This document shows positions 1 to 9,714 of a stretch of 64,000 nt of DNA, one piece after another. Below the pieces are notes generated by a model that searched no databases, had not been told where the DNA came from, and saw nothing but the letters and a program-made list of their open reading frames with translations. Position numbers and translations under genes: made by a program. How positions within the stretch are numbered: position 1 is the stretch's first letter; each line of letters starts with the position of its first letter. The DNA is taken from positions 62,001 through 126,000 of the IMG/VR virus record IMGVR_UViG_3300046542_000227. One strand, given 5' to 3'.

Positions 1-26
1 CTGCGGGTAACGCTGGACAAGGTGGC

Positions 27-3000
27 TTGGGGATGCTCCTCAAGACACTCATGCAGAACCCTGAAGACGCCGCTGGTGGTTTGGCCGGTGATCAGATCGC
101 CAGCTTCCTGCATTCTTCTGTTATTCCCTCGATCGCACGTCGTGCACGTCCGGGCATGAAGAAGGTCTCTGACAAACTGACTGGCGGTGGCGATAGCCGC
201 ATTGCCTACCTGCTCGACAACATGGCGTCGATGTCGCAAGACTTCGCTAACGATGCCAAGAACTCGACCGGTATGAAAGGTCAGTTGCAGAAAATGGTGA
301 AGATGTTTGCCCCACAATTCCGGGTCAATGACCTGGCCAAAACGGGTACTTATCAAACCATTAACCAACCTGCGCAGTTTAACCAAATGACGCAGCGTTC
401 TATCGTCGAAGTGATCCCGGGTTATCTGGCCCGAATCCTTCAAGAAACCCGCATGATTCGTACGGGTGATGACTCGATTGGGCGTGAGGTCTTTGACATC
501 ACTCGGGGCAACTTTGTCCAAGAGAAGAAGTCGCAAGACAATCTGGCCAAACGTGTCGTGGGCGGTAACGCACGTCGTTCGGTGAAGTACTCGCTGAACT
601 CTGCGGTCGACGGTTTTACTGAAGACGGTAGCGTGCTGTCGCCTGAAGCTCGCCATGCGCTGGAAGAACGTTTGCTGCGTGATGCGATGGAAGGTAAGCA
701 CTTCGATCCAGTGACCTACGTCAAGCCTGAAGGTTATGCCCCGGGTACCAGTGCTGCGGTACTGGCTGAACTGACTGAGTTCTTTAAGAAGCAGTTCAAG
801 TTCAGTGAAGACGGTCAGCTGGCGAAGTCGACTGCGAACTTTACCAAGCGTCAGGAGTTCTCCACCAAGTTCAACGACCTGCGTGACACAGTACGTAACC
901 CAATGGCTGAGATCGAACGGATCATGGCTTCGGGTAACACGACCCAACTGCGTGACTTGGGTATTGTGCACATTGTTGAAGGTGAAGACCGTATCAACTT
1001 TGCTGTGCTGCGTGAACTCTACCGTGACCTCGGTGATCCGAGTGCTAGTGGTGAGCCACCACCGATGCCATCGCCTACTGGTCCGTTGCTCAGCAAGCTG
1101 CGTAAGCGGTTGCGTGAAGGCAACGAAGAGATCAAGAAACGTAGCGGGCGGGTGCGTGCTCGCGTTCGTGGTTTGGGTGATCGTGCTAAGGGCGCACTGA
1201 GTGACATGGAAGGTCCAGATGTTACGGCCGTCACTGAAGCTTTCAATGCCTCTAAAGCGCAAGCGCTAGTCCATGCTGACGATGTAGCCAAGCGCGCTAC
1301 CGATCTGATGATCGCAGGTAAAGAAGGTGTCGTTATTAAGGCATCGGAAATTCTGAGCGGTGAACTGATCGATGTTACTACCCAGAAAGTCATCGGTCGG
1401 GTTGAGGACATTAAAGGTGAAGTCATTGACATCACTGGACGTGTGCGTCTGACTCGGGCTGACGTGGCTCAAGGGTTGGTCAACGGTGAAGGGCGCGTGC
1501 TGGATCTGCTCAAACATCTGCCGAAGGGTATTCCCCCAAGTGTGATGTCGATGTTGCATGGTCAGCGCCAGCAGATCGGGAACCTGATCACTGCTGAGAA
1601 CGGGGCGATGTCTCGGGTTAAGGACCTTTACCTCGAAGGTGCTAACGATCCGGTCATTAAAGCTTCGGGTCTGCGTGCTGGTGAATACATCGACGTGGCC
1701 ACCAAGAAGGTTTTGGAGACCATCGATGACATCAGTGGCGCGGTAGTCCGTAAGGACCGTCCCGATGAAGTCCTGTTCACCACTGAAGAAGCTGCCGAGA
1801 AGTTGGTTGACAATTCCGGTAAGCGCTTTAAGTCGAGCAAGATTCTCAAGTATCTGGCATGGGCTACAGGCAAGAGCTTCAGCATCACCGCAGGTATGGC
1901 TTCGATCGGTTTGGCGGTTGCTCGCAAGATCGGGATGTTCGTTGCCAAGAAACTGACTGGTCTGGATGCTTACCTGCCTCCGGGTCGTGAGCCAATCCTC
2001 ACAACGTCCAAACTCAAACGTGGCGAGTACTACAACGAAGATGGTTCGGTGATCAAGTCGTTTGACGATCTCCGTGACGGTGTGTACACCGCTGATGGGA
2101 ATCTGCTGGTAGACCCAGACGACATTCCTAACCTGATCAACCGTGACGGCACTAAGCACACTGCGGCTAAACACCGTAGTAAGATTCGTAAGATCGCCAA
2201 GAAGATTGCCGGTCTGCCGATGGCTGCCGCTAAAGGCATTGGTAAGTTCTGGTGGAAACAGACCAAAGCTTACTATAAAGGCATGGGTAACATGGTTGCC
2301 AACAAGTTTGGTAAATCTAAAGCCAATGCTCAAGACTACAACGACAAGTTCATTACCCCTACCGATGGCCTGCTGGGCCAGATGCTCAACCTGCTGGACA
2401 AACGCCTACCTAAGGAAGCTGCGAAGGAAGGTAGCTGGCAAGATAAGCTCCAAGAAGCAGAAGCGGCTGCTAAGGCTAAGAAGGAAGGCACTAAAGCTGA
2501 ACGTGCTAACCGGAAGAAGGAAGCTGGGGGTGGGTTACTCGGTGGACTGGCGAAACTCTTGGGTCGGGGGAAGAAAGACGACGAGGAAGAGGAAGGCGGT
2601 GGTGACACCAACATCGATCTCGGTGGTGGCGAGGGTGGTGAAGGTAACGACCGGAAGAAGAATCGTAAGGTTCGTAAGAAGCCTCGCGGTAAGCTCGGTC
2701 GTGGCTGGGACAAACTGGCAAATACTAAACTCGGTAAGGGTGTAGGTCGCTTCGGTGGCAATGCTCTAATGCGAGGTGGTGGTACTGCAGCACGTTTGGC
2801 TGGGACTGGCGCCCGGGTGGCTGGCAGTGCGTTGCTAGGTGGTCTTGAGTTTGGTGCTTTGGGTCTGGGTGGTCTGGCTTCTGGTGCAGCCTCTATGGCT
2901 GGTACTGGCTTGGCCATGGCGGGTTCTGCTGCTGCGGCAGCGGGTACTGCGATCCTCGGTGTGTTGGCTTCGCCTGTGGTACTGGGTGCATTGGCAGTAG

Positions 3001-5897
3001 GTGCTGTAGCTGCCGGTGGTTATTGGTTGTGGAACCGGTCGAACAAAGTAAGCGGTGATTTCCGTGAACTGCGTTTGATGCAATACGGGATCGACTCCAC
3101 CAGTGACAAGCTGAAGATCCTCGAACTGGAAGCGTACTTGGAAACCTTCTCTCAGAAGGGTGCTGAGCCATCGCTGAACGTATCGGGTACCGATCCGAAG
3201 AAGATCTTTGAGATCATGGACATCGACGAAGACGAACCGGAGTCCATCGTTCGGATGGCTCGTTGGCTCGAACTGCGCTTTAAGCCAGTGTTCTTCGCTT
3301 GGTTGCGTGCCATGCACCAGCTCACCCCAACCGGTGTAGCTATCAACGAACTCGACGACAAACTTCCTGACGAAGCGAAGTATGACTTCTTCAACATCGT
3401 GAAGACGGTGCCGAATACAGTCTACGCTCAGCTGGGCAATCCGTTGGATGAAGATCCAATTGAGATTACCGCTGAGGACATCAACGCTAAAGTCACTGAA
3501 CTGATCGACAAATGGAAAGACAAGGCTAAGGCTAAAGACGAACAGAAGACGGGTGACACTACAGGGGCTACGGCGATTGTACCTCCGGGCGGTTCTAAGC
3601 CGGAAGACAAGGACAAGCCTAAAGCGGACGGCGCTGACAAACCTAAGGATGCTGAGAAGTCTAGTGCGTGGTATAGCATCAAGGCTGGCGCTAAAGGTCT
3701 GATGGGTGCGGTACCGGGTGCTGCTGCTATTGGTGGGCTGATCTCTGCTGTTAAAGAGGATTGGTTCGGCAAGATGTTCAGCGGTGCTTCGACGGCGGCC
3801 AAGATTGTAGCGACACCAGCATTGCTGGGTGGCATGGTCCTGAAGTCTGCGGTGATGATGGTTGGTGCTTTCAAGGCTGACAAACTCACCACGTTGCAAG
3901 CAGTGCGTGTACGTGCCTACGGGCGCATGCAGCTCGATGAGAAAACCATCAGTGCACTGTTTGAGTCTGAAGCCGAACTCTACAAACAAGTTCGTTACGA
4001 TACGGAAGGCCAGGCTTACTACGATGGCAACCTCGATCAGCTGATCGGCACCATGGCTAACATCTTTGGTGTGGACGTGACGGATGCAACCAGTCGCAAG
4101 GCTCAAGAGTTTACTGCTTGGATCCTGCAACGATTCATTCCTACCGGTCTGGCCTACTTTGCTGCGGTTAAGCAGAAGGGCAACGCCATTACCCCGAGCC
4201 GCGTTGAAACGGCTTTGGATGATGACGCTAAACTGTCGGTGGCCAATGCGTTGATGGTTGCTACCTACGAGATGAACGGGGAACAGATCTCTGTCTGGAA
4301 AGCCAACACGTTCTTTAATAACGGAACGTCCAGTCTGGACGCACTCAAGGCTGCGGCTGAGAAAGAGACAGCTGTCCTCAAAGAAGCGGCGGCGAAGGCT
4401 AAGTTAGCTTCTCCGGGTACTTCGGTTAAGGAACAAGAGAACCAAGAGAAGACCCAAGCGCGTACGACTGCTGAAAAGATCATGGATGGGGTTTCTAACC
4501 TCGGTGATAGCCTAAAGGAGAAATTCTCAAGCTTCGCTGACGGGGTGAAAGAATCCATCGGTGGTGCAGTCAACAGCGTTAAAGACTTCTTGGGTATGGG
4601 TCCGGGTGGCAAGAACGCTCAGACACCAGCTCCGTCTGCTTATAACACCGCGTACACCCCAGGTGGCACGTTGGAGCAGAAGGGTTCTACCTACTCGGCG
4701 TTTGCTGAGGGTAATGGTGGTGCTTGGAACAGCATCCCACTGCCTAAGTCGAACAAGTCCCGTGAAGCAGCAATGGAAACCCTGCGGGCCATTCAGGCCA
4801 TGACTGGGGTTGACGCAGAATTGCTGGCTACGTTTGCATCGATGGAGTCGAACTTTGACTACACGGTAAAAGCGGGAACGTCTTCGGCTACAGGTTGGTT
4901 CCAGTTCATCGACAAAACTTGGGACGGCATGCTTAAAGAACATGCTTCCAAATACGGCATCCCACCAGACAACAAGGACCGCTATTTGCGGAAGGACCCA
5001 CGGATCAACGGTCTGATGGGTGCTGAGTTCCTGAAGGGTAACTACAAGATTCTGGCTAAGGCATTGGGGCGTGCACCGACCGATACCGACCTGTACTTTG
5101 CTCACTTCTTGGGCCCACAGACAGCCGCTGGTTTCTTGAAGCGCGATCGGAATGCTATCGCAGCAAGTTTCTATCCAGATCAAGCTGGTGCTAACCGTAG
5201 CATCTTCTACAAGTCTACTGGTCAACCACGCACCATCGGTGAAGTCTACGACATCTTCGATGGCAAGGTACGCAAACACCGTAAGGGTGGGGGTGGTACT
5301 GATGTGGGTACAGCGACCACCGCAGTCGATCCACAGAAGGCGGCGGATGAGCAGGCCAAGGCAGTACAGGCCAGCGCAGACATCAAACCTCCAGCAGATC
5401 CAGTTACAGGTGAAGTAGGGACAAACCCGACAGGTGGTAACCCGAACGATAGCCTGAACATGACTGCAGATAAAGCAGCAGCACCAATGCGGATGGGTGA
5501 TCCATCGCAAGCCGGTCAGGGTGGTGGCGGTACAGCACCTTCTGGCGGTAGCAATCCAACTGTAGGCTCTGGGCAAGATCTGCCAGAGCGTAAGCAGGCT
5601 ATGGATGAAGCGATGCAGAAAGCCGCTGCAGGTGATAAAGCGCGTCAAGCAGCGAATCAAGAGAAGCAAGCGTTGTCGGCTACTTCGATGGATTTGATGC
5701 AAGAACAGTTGACCACTCAGCAACAGATGCGCGATTTGTTGAAGACCATTGCAGACAAACTGGGTTCCCCAGTCCAAGCAGCGCCAGCAGCACCGGCACC
5801 GGCCAGCAGCAAATCGGGTAATGATATGGGTAATCAACAAGCGCAAGCTGGGCGACAAGCGGGCAATGCCCCAACGCCAATCTCCTTCGCGCGATAA
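27..5897 (+). CDS. Large tail-associated protein with C-terminal lytic transglycosylase domain (phiKZ gp181-like); 5' end lies outside the window
   Basis: 1956-aa ORF, frame open to window start; Gly/Ala-rich hydrophobic tape-measure-like segment; SLT motifs ASMESNF, SSATGWFQFIDKTW, DLYFAHFLG. Confidence 0.85.
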   Translation: MGMLLKTLMQNPEDAAGGLAGDQIASFLHSSVIPSIARRARPGMKKVSDKLTGGGDSRIAYLLDNMASMSQDFANDAKNSTGMKGQLQKMVKMFAPQFRVNDLAKTGTYQTINQPAQFNQMTQRSIVEVIPGYLARILQETRMIRTGDDSIGREVFDITRGNFVQEKKSQDNLAKRVVGGNARRSVKYSLNSAVDGFTEDGSVLSPEARHALEERLLRDAMEGKHFDPVTYVKPEGYAPGTSAAVLAELTEFFKKQFKFSEDGQLAKSTANFTKRQEFSTKFNDLRDTVRNPMAEIERIMASGNTTQLRDLGIVHIVEGEDRINFAVLRELYRDLGDPSASGEPPPMPSPTGPLLSKLRKRLREGNEEIKKRSGRVRARVRGLGDRAKGALSDMEGPDVTAVTEAFNASKAQALVHADDVAKRATDLMIAGKEGVVIKASEILSGELIDVTTQKVIGRVEDIKGEVIDITGRVRLTRADVAQGLVNGEGRVLDLLKHLPKGIPPSVMSMLHGQRQQIGNLITAENGAMSRVKDLYLEGANDPVIKASGLRAGEYIDVATKKVLETIDDISGAVVRKDRPDEVLFTTEEAAEKLVDNSGKRFKSSKILKYLAWATGKSFSITAGMASIGLAVARKIGMFVAKKLTGLDAYLPPGREPILTTSKLKRGEYYNEDGSVIKSFDDLRDGVYTADGNLLVDPDDIPNLINRDGTKHTAAKHRSKIRKIAKKIAGLPMAAAKGIGKFWWKQTKAYYKGMGNMVANKFGKSKANAQDYNDKFITPTDGLLGQMLNLLDKRLPKEAAKEGSWQDKLQEAEAAAKAKKEGTKAERANRKKEAGGGLLGGLAKLLGRGKKDDEEEEGGGDTNIDLGGGEGGEGNDRKKNRKVRKKPRGKLGRGWDKLANTKLGKGVGRFGGNALMRGGGTAARLAGTGARVAGSALLGGLEFGALGLGGLASGAASMAGTGLAMAGSAAAAAGTAILGVLASPVVLGALAVGAVAAGGYWLWNRSNKVSGDFRELRLMQYGIDSTSDKLKILELEAYLETFSQKGAEPSLNVSGTDPKKIFEIMDIDEDEPESIVRMARWLELRFKPVFFAWLRAMHQLTPTGVAINELDDKLPDEAKYDFFNIVKTVPNTVYAQLGNPLDEDPIEITAEDINAKVTELIDKWKDKAKAKDEQKTGDTTGATAIVPPGGSKPEDKDKPKADGADKPKDAEKSSAWYSIKAGAKGLMGAVPGAAAIGGLISAVKEDWFGKMFSGASTAAKIVATPALLGGMVLKSAVMMVGAFKADKLTTLQAVRVRAYGRMQLDEKTISALFESEAELYKQVRYDTEGQAYYDGNLDQLIGTMANIFGVDVTDATSRKAQEFTAWILQRFIPTGLAYFAAVKQKGNAITPSRVETALDDDAKLSVANALMVATYEMNGEQISVWKANTFFNNGTSSLDALKAAAEKETAVLKEAAAKAKLASPGTSVKEQENQEKTQARTTAEKIMDGVSNLGDSLKEKFSSFADGVKESIGGAVNSVKDFLGMGPGGKNAQTPAPSAYNTAYTPGGTLEQKGSTYSAFAEGNGGAWNSIPLPKSNKSREAAMETLRAIQAMTGVDAELLATFASMESNFDYTVKAGTSSATGWFQFIDKTWDGMLKEHASKYGIPPDNKDRYLRKDPRINGLMGAEFLKGNYKILAKALGRAPTDTDLYFAHFLGPQTAAGFLKRDRNAIAASFYPDQAGANRSIFYKSTGQPRTIGEVYDIFDGKVRKHRKGGGGTDVGTATTAVDPQKAADEQAKAVQASADIKPPADPVTGEVGTNPTGGNPNDSLNMTADKAAAPMRMGDPSQAGQGGGGTAPSGGSNPTVGSGQDLPERKQAMDEAMQKAAAGDKARQAANQEKQALSATSMDLMQEQLTTQQQMRDLLKTIADKLGSPVQAAPAAPAPASSKSGNDMGNQQAQAGRQAGNAPTPISFAR

Positions 5898-5903
5898 GCA
5901 TAA

Positions 5904-5932
5904 GCCCTCCCCGCTTGGGGAGGGTTCTTTTT
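5904..5932 (+). terminator. Intrinsic terminator
   Basis: gccctcccc-gctt-ggggagggt hairpin plus T-run, preceded by CATAA. Confidence 0.8.
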
Positions 5933-5948
5933 CGTCCAGAGGTTTGCT

Positions 5949-7922
5949 ATGGCTGAGATTGATCGTGGTAGCATCTGGCTACGCCACGCGTTTCTTATTC
6001 CGACTGACAGTAGTGCGCTGTCGTATGGTAGTGGCACTAAACGTCGGCATGCCACATCGGCTGCGTTCAAGTTCACTAACACCTCACTGGGTGGCAACTA
6101 CGCCATCAACAACCCACCACAGTTCACTCGCTTCTGCGATATCCGCCATCCTGGTCGGGGTCGTACTAAGGAGCAAGCGAAGTATGGCATGGGGCGTTAC
6201 TACAGTGAGGCGATCGATGACACCAAAGACGTTATTCACGTCACCATGGGTGTTCCCCGTTTCTCCAGCTGGACGTCGTTCTTCACGAACTTCTATGACC
6301 GTCACGCTGCACAGTTAGCCAACACCGGTCGTGGTACCGACGTGTGGTTTGAGTTGGGTAACATCGGCGGGCACTTGGTGACCCTCCCGTTCCAACCGAT
6401 CATCATCGGGGTAACCGGTGTATCGCGGGTTATGAACTTCCTCGCGAAGTCTCAGCCCTCGAAGTGGTATTACTTCAAGCCGACCATGCACACGTATTGG
6501 TCTGCGGTAAACACCATCGCCAACGAATTCGCCATCGGCTTGGGTTTGATCCCCCGTGTCTTTGGTGGTACGCAGAAGGAACTGGAAGATCCGGGCTATG
6601 CGGTAACAGATGCCGACCGTGCTCGTTTCAACCAGATGTTCCCTGACCTGTTCCGTAAGGACGGTTCGATTGACGTAATGGCGTTGTCTCTTCGGACACA
6701 GCGTATCTCGAACGCCTCGCAAGACGCGTTTAAGAAAGTCAACGAATCGGCTACTAGTGTTAAACAGCTACGGGCCGAGGTTGAGAAGTACGTACAGGAA
6801 GTCCCTGCGGATCCAAACCCTGGGGTCGATGCCCGTAAGTTCTTCTTAGACTACATCAAAGAAGAGAAGCCTAAAGGTGGTGACTTAACCTCTAACGAAA
6901 GCTTCTCCTCGTGGGGTGAGCTGTCAGGTGTGTACGGGATGATCCGTGCTTACCAAAACGACGGTAGTCAATTCGTAACGTTCCGGGTTAACCATACTGG
7001 TACGGTATCGGAATCCTTCAGTAACCAAACTGAAGCGGTGGGTGTAGCGTCACAGTTGAACACCAAGGTTAAGGAAGGTCGTGCTGCCAGCTATGACTTC
7101 ATGGGTGGTAACATCACTGACGTAATCGGTACAGCATTCCAAGGTCTGAAGTCTGTGGCTGCGGGTGTACTGAACTCGGTGAACGCCTCGGGTGCTGCGG
7201 TACTGACCGGTGCTGCGTTTGTTGACGTACCTGAGATGTGGTCGGGTTCGACTGCCAACCTGCCTACTGCTGAATTTACGATTCCGTTGCCATGTGCTTA
7301 CGGGAACGTGATGTCACGCTTTATCAACATGTACATTCCAATCGCGATGATCCTACCGATGGGCTTACCCCTCTCGGCTGGTCGTTCTGCGTATACCTCG
7401 CCGTACATCTGTCAGGTCTTCCAGAAAGGCCGTGTGCAGAAACAGCTTTGTATCGTGGACAACATCACCATTACCCGTGGTACCGGTAATGTGGGTTGGA
7501 ACGCTGAAAAACACATGCTCGGTGCTGAAGTGTCTATTTCCTTTAAGGATTTGTCAAGCGTCATGCACATCCCGATCAAAGGTGGCTTTGCCTCGGGGAG
7601 CTGGCTGGATACCGCTGTAAAGGGTACTACTGTATTGGCTGCTGAAACACTGGGTGGTGACAAGTTGGAAGCTGTGGCACACATGGCAACCAACGGTGCC
7701 GTCTGGGATGAACAGAGCCTGTTCCAAGACTACGTCGCCTCTCTGACGTCGCAGTCATTCGCAGATACGTACTTTGTCGGTAACCGGATTAACCTGAATG
7801 TTACGCGGGCTATGCAAGACTTCACCAACTGGCGTAGTCCGTCTAACTTCCTGTCGTGGGCACTCGATGGGGATGTAGCGAGGTCACTCTCTGCGTTTGC
7901 ACAATCTACCGACCGTCTTTAA
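5949..7922 (+). CDS. Virion structural protein (phiKZ gp182-like position)
   Basis: 657-aa ORF with GAGG RBS directly after the gp181-like gene; call rests mainly on synteny. Confidence 0.6.
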   Translation: MAEIDRGSIWLRHAFLIPTDSSALSYGSGTKRRHATSAAFKFTNTSLGGNYAINNPPQFTRFCDIRHPGRGRTKEQAKYGMGRYYSEAIDDTKDVIHVTMGVPRFSSWTSFFTNFYDRHAAQLANTGRGTDVWFELGNIGGHLVTLPFQPIIIGVTGVSRVMNFLAKSQPSKWYYFKPTMHTYWSAVNTIANEFAIGLGLIPRVFGGTQKELEDPGYAVTDADRARFNQMFPDLFRKDGSIDVMALSLRTQRISNASQDAFKKVNESATSVKQLRAEVEKYVQEVPADPNPGVDARKFFLDYIKEEKPKGGDLTSNESFSSWGELSGVYGMIRAYQNDGSQFVTFRVNHTGTVSESFSNQTEAVGVASQLNTKVKEGRAASYDFMGGNITDVIGTAFQGLKSVAAGVLNSVNASGAAVLTGAAFVDVPEMWSGSTANLPTAEFTIPLPCAYGNVMSRFINMYIPIAMILPMGLPLSAGRSAYTSPYICQVFQKGRVQKQLCIVDNITITRGTGNVGWNAEKHMLGAEVSISFKDLSSVMHIPIKGGFASGSWLDTAVKGTTVLAAETLGGDKLEAVAHMATNGAVWDEQSLFQDYVASLTSQSFADTYFVGNRINLNVTRAMQDFTNWRSPSNFLSWALDGDVARSLSAFAQSTDRL

Positions 7923-7935
7923 TGGGGATGTAAAA

Positions 7936-8181
7936 ATGAAACAGATGCTTCTGAAGTTCTTCCTGCGTGGTACGCTGGCCATCGTGCTGGCCGATCGTGG
8001 TAAAGTCAAATTGGCCGTTGGCTTGGCTGAAGCCAGCTACGACGAAGGTGACAAGCCATTCACCCGCCGTGGGCGTGTGTATCGCTTCATCAAAGAGCAG
8101 GCGCCTGCCGGTACTGAGAAGTATCTGCTCGATGCTGGCACCGAAGCTGCTCAAGCTTTGGATGCGTTGTCGCGCAAATAA
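7936..8181 (+). CDS. Hypothetical protein
   Basis: ATG 7936 after GGGGA; phage-like codon usage. Confidence 0.6.
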   Translation: MKQMLLKFFLRGTLAIVLADRGKVKLAVGLAEASYDEGDKPFTRRGRVYRFIKEQAPAGTEKYLLDAGTEAAQALDALSRK

Positions 8182-8190
8182 AAACTGACT

Positions 8191-8234
8191 GAGCCGAAGG
8201 TATGGGGAAACCTGTACCTTCAGCTTTTATGTCC
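8191..8234 (+). terminator. Intrinsic terminator
   Basis: gaaggtatgg-ggaaa-cctgtaccttc hairpin, then ttttatgtcc. Confidence 0.65.
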
Positions 8235-8248
8235 TTAGGAGGATTGTC

Positions 8249-8659
8249 ATGAAAGAAGCATTGGAATGGTTAGAACAAAACGGTAAGGGACCAACCCTGG
8301 TTAATCCCAAGAACGTCACGTGGGAACGTGGTCCGATCAATCCTGAGTCGGGTGCACCGAACACTTACGTAGTCTCGGGTTTCGATCTGTCGACTAACCC
8401 TGAAGCCCAAGACGGACTGCAGTCAGAGCTGACCATCTATTTCCAGAACGGTGTGCTGCCTGAAGTTGGGGCTAACGGTGTAACGCCACAGATCCTGCTG
8501 GAACTGATGATCGATCGTTTCGAACATTACCAAGCTGGTGCTTTGGCCTGTGAAGAAAATGACCTCGCATTACAAGGTATGCGTGATGCAGTTGCGGCGA
8601 TTAAACAACGCCAAGCTGGTCGTGCTGAACGTGGTGTCTTGAACACCATGCAGAAATGA
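8249..8659 (+). CDS. tad1: Tad1/Acb2-family anti-defence nucleotide-signal sponge
   Basis: Motifs GAPNTY, TIYFQNG, NGVTPQILLELMIDRF..YQAG...CEEN and RAERGVLNT resemble Tad1 (GAYHEY, TIKFQKG, GV...LLEIVRDRL..FQAG...REN, RIERNVLGT); AGGAGG RBS. Confidence 0.75.
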   Translation: MKEALEWLEQNGKGPTLVNPKNVTWERGPINPESGAPNTYVVSGFDLSTNPEAQDGLQSELTIYFQNGVLPEVGANGVTPQILLELMIDRFEHYQAGALACEENDLALQGMRDAVAAIKQRQAGRAERGVLNTMQK

Positions 8660-8733
8660 GTGCCTACGAAGCCGCTGTCATGCACGGCTTTAAAGGTGAC
8701 TACGATGCCTGGTATCGAATCGTTACTCAATGA
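8656..8733 (+). CDS. Small peptide (25 aa) MSAYEAAVMHGFKGDYDAWYRIVTQ
   Basis: ATGA overlap with tad1 stop; AYxxA..GFxG...W motif. Confidence 0.45.
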   Translation: MSAYEAAVMHGFKGDYDAWYRIVTQ

Positions 8734-8761
8734 TAACCTCTGATTCAAAAGAATCTTAGGT

Positions 8762-8770
8762 CTATATCAC
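8762..8770 (+). promoter_or_regulatory. Putative early promoter motif CTATATCAC
   Basis: Recurrent intergenic motif resembling the phiKZ early promoter TATATTAC. Confidence 0.65.
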
Positions 8771-8782
8771 GGACATGGTAAG

Positions 8783-8935
8783 CGATAGTGAACCCAGCTG
8801 TGCTGCTGCTTTAGAAACAAACCTAAACTTTATCCGCAAGGCTAAGGTCGGCGATGGACTCCAGAATCAAGGCCTAGTGTCAATCTCTCTGGAGCAGCTA
8901 AGCAGTTGTGTAAACTATCGACCAACACTGAGGTG
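8783..8935 (+). promoter_or_regulatory. Structured 5' leader
   Basis: Helices 8783-89/8914-20, 8795-8800/8903-08, 8805-15/8888-98. Confidence 0.5.
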
Positions 8936-8940
8936 ACACA

Positions 8941-9633
8941 ATGTCCCAGTCTCTCAAAGATCTCATTGCTGCAAACTATCGCAGATTCACTTGGGCCAAC
9001 CATATGGATCCTGCGTTTGGTGAGTATGCACTAGGTGTCGCTCTCGATGTGTTCCAGAATTGGGCACGTGACGAGATCGCATCGCGAGAGCATTTGGTGT
9101 CTGGTAACATTGTGCTATCGCAGTGGTTCGACGAACAATCTGTTCCGATGGTAGCTGAGCTACTAACGGACACCAACTTTCAAACATCCGCTAACGGAAC
9201 CGATGACATGACTGACAAGAACCCTATCGCTAAAACTCTGGCCGTTGTTGAGCGTCACGATCTGGAAGCCAAGATCAAGCTCAACGAGAACAACACCATC
9301 TTCATCCCTGAAGACCTGGTGGAAACCACGGCGGCCATGGACGCTGGTCTGACCATGGACCAAGTGAAGAAGTTCGAGAAGGCTAAGGGCGAACTGCTCC
9401 CGGCCGTAACTTACGTCGCCGGCAAGCTGTCGGTAGACGCCTTCAAGGCTGACCCGAACCTGTCCGAAACCGGCTTCAGCTACAATGTCGGTAAAACGGA
9501 AAAGGTTTCCGGTGTGTTCAGTCGCGACTCCAAAGAGCATGTGGTGGTCGTGGTCGAAACCACGCATCGCAATGCCGAGTTCAATCGTGTCGCCGCTGGC
9601 CTCAACTCGATGTTCGACGACATCAACTCCTGA
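8941..9633 (+). CDS. Hypothetical protein ending in FDDINS motif (alternative start about 9208)
   Basis: GAGGTG RBS; strongly biased codons in the C-terminal 140 aa. Confidence 0.75.
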   Translation: MSQSLKDLIAANYRRFTWANHMDPAFGEYALGVALDVFQNWARDEIASREHLVSGNIVLSQWFDEQSVPMVAELLTDTNFQTSANGTDDMTDKNPIAKTLAVVERHDLEAKIKLNENNTIFIPEDLVETTAAMDAGLTMDQVKKFEKAKGELLPAVTYVAGKLSVDAFKADPNLSETGFSYNVGKTEKVSGVFSRDSKEHVVVVVETTHRNAEFNRVAAGLNSMFDDINS

Positions 9634-9650
9634 CGTCGTCTGCTGTAACT

Positions 9651-9687
9651 GAGAGGGAGCCTTCGGGCTCCTTCTATTATTCTTTTT
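9651..9687 (+). terminator. Intrinsic terminator
   Basis: agggagcc-ttcg-ggctcctt hairpin plus T-rich tail. Confidence 0.75.
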
Positions 9688-9714
9688 AAATTCTCAACCA
9701 CGCAATAAGGATCG

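Noticed and set aside
1019-5858. Long reverse-strand ORFs (355-443 aa) inside the tail gene, and similar antisense ORFs at 9694-10935, 23870-25321 and 35535-36665
   Set aside because: Shadows of strongly codon-biased genes; no RBS or motifs
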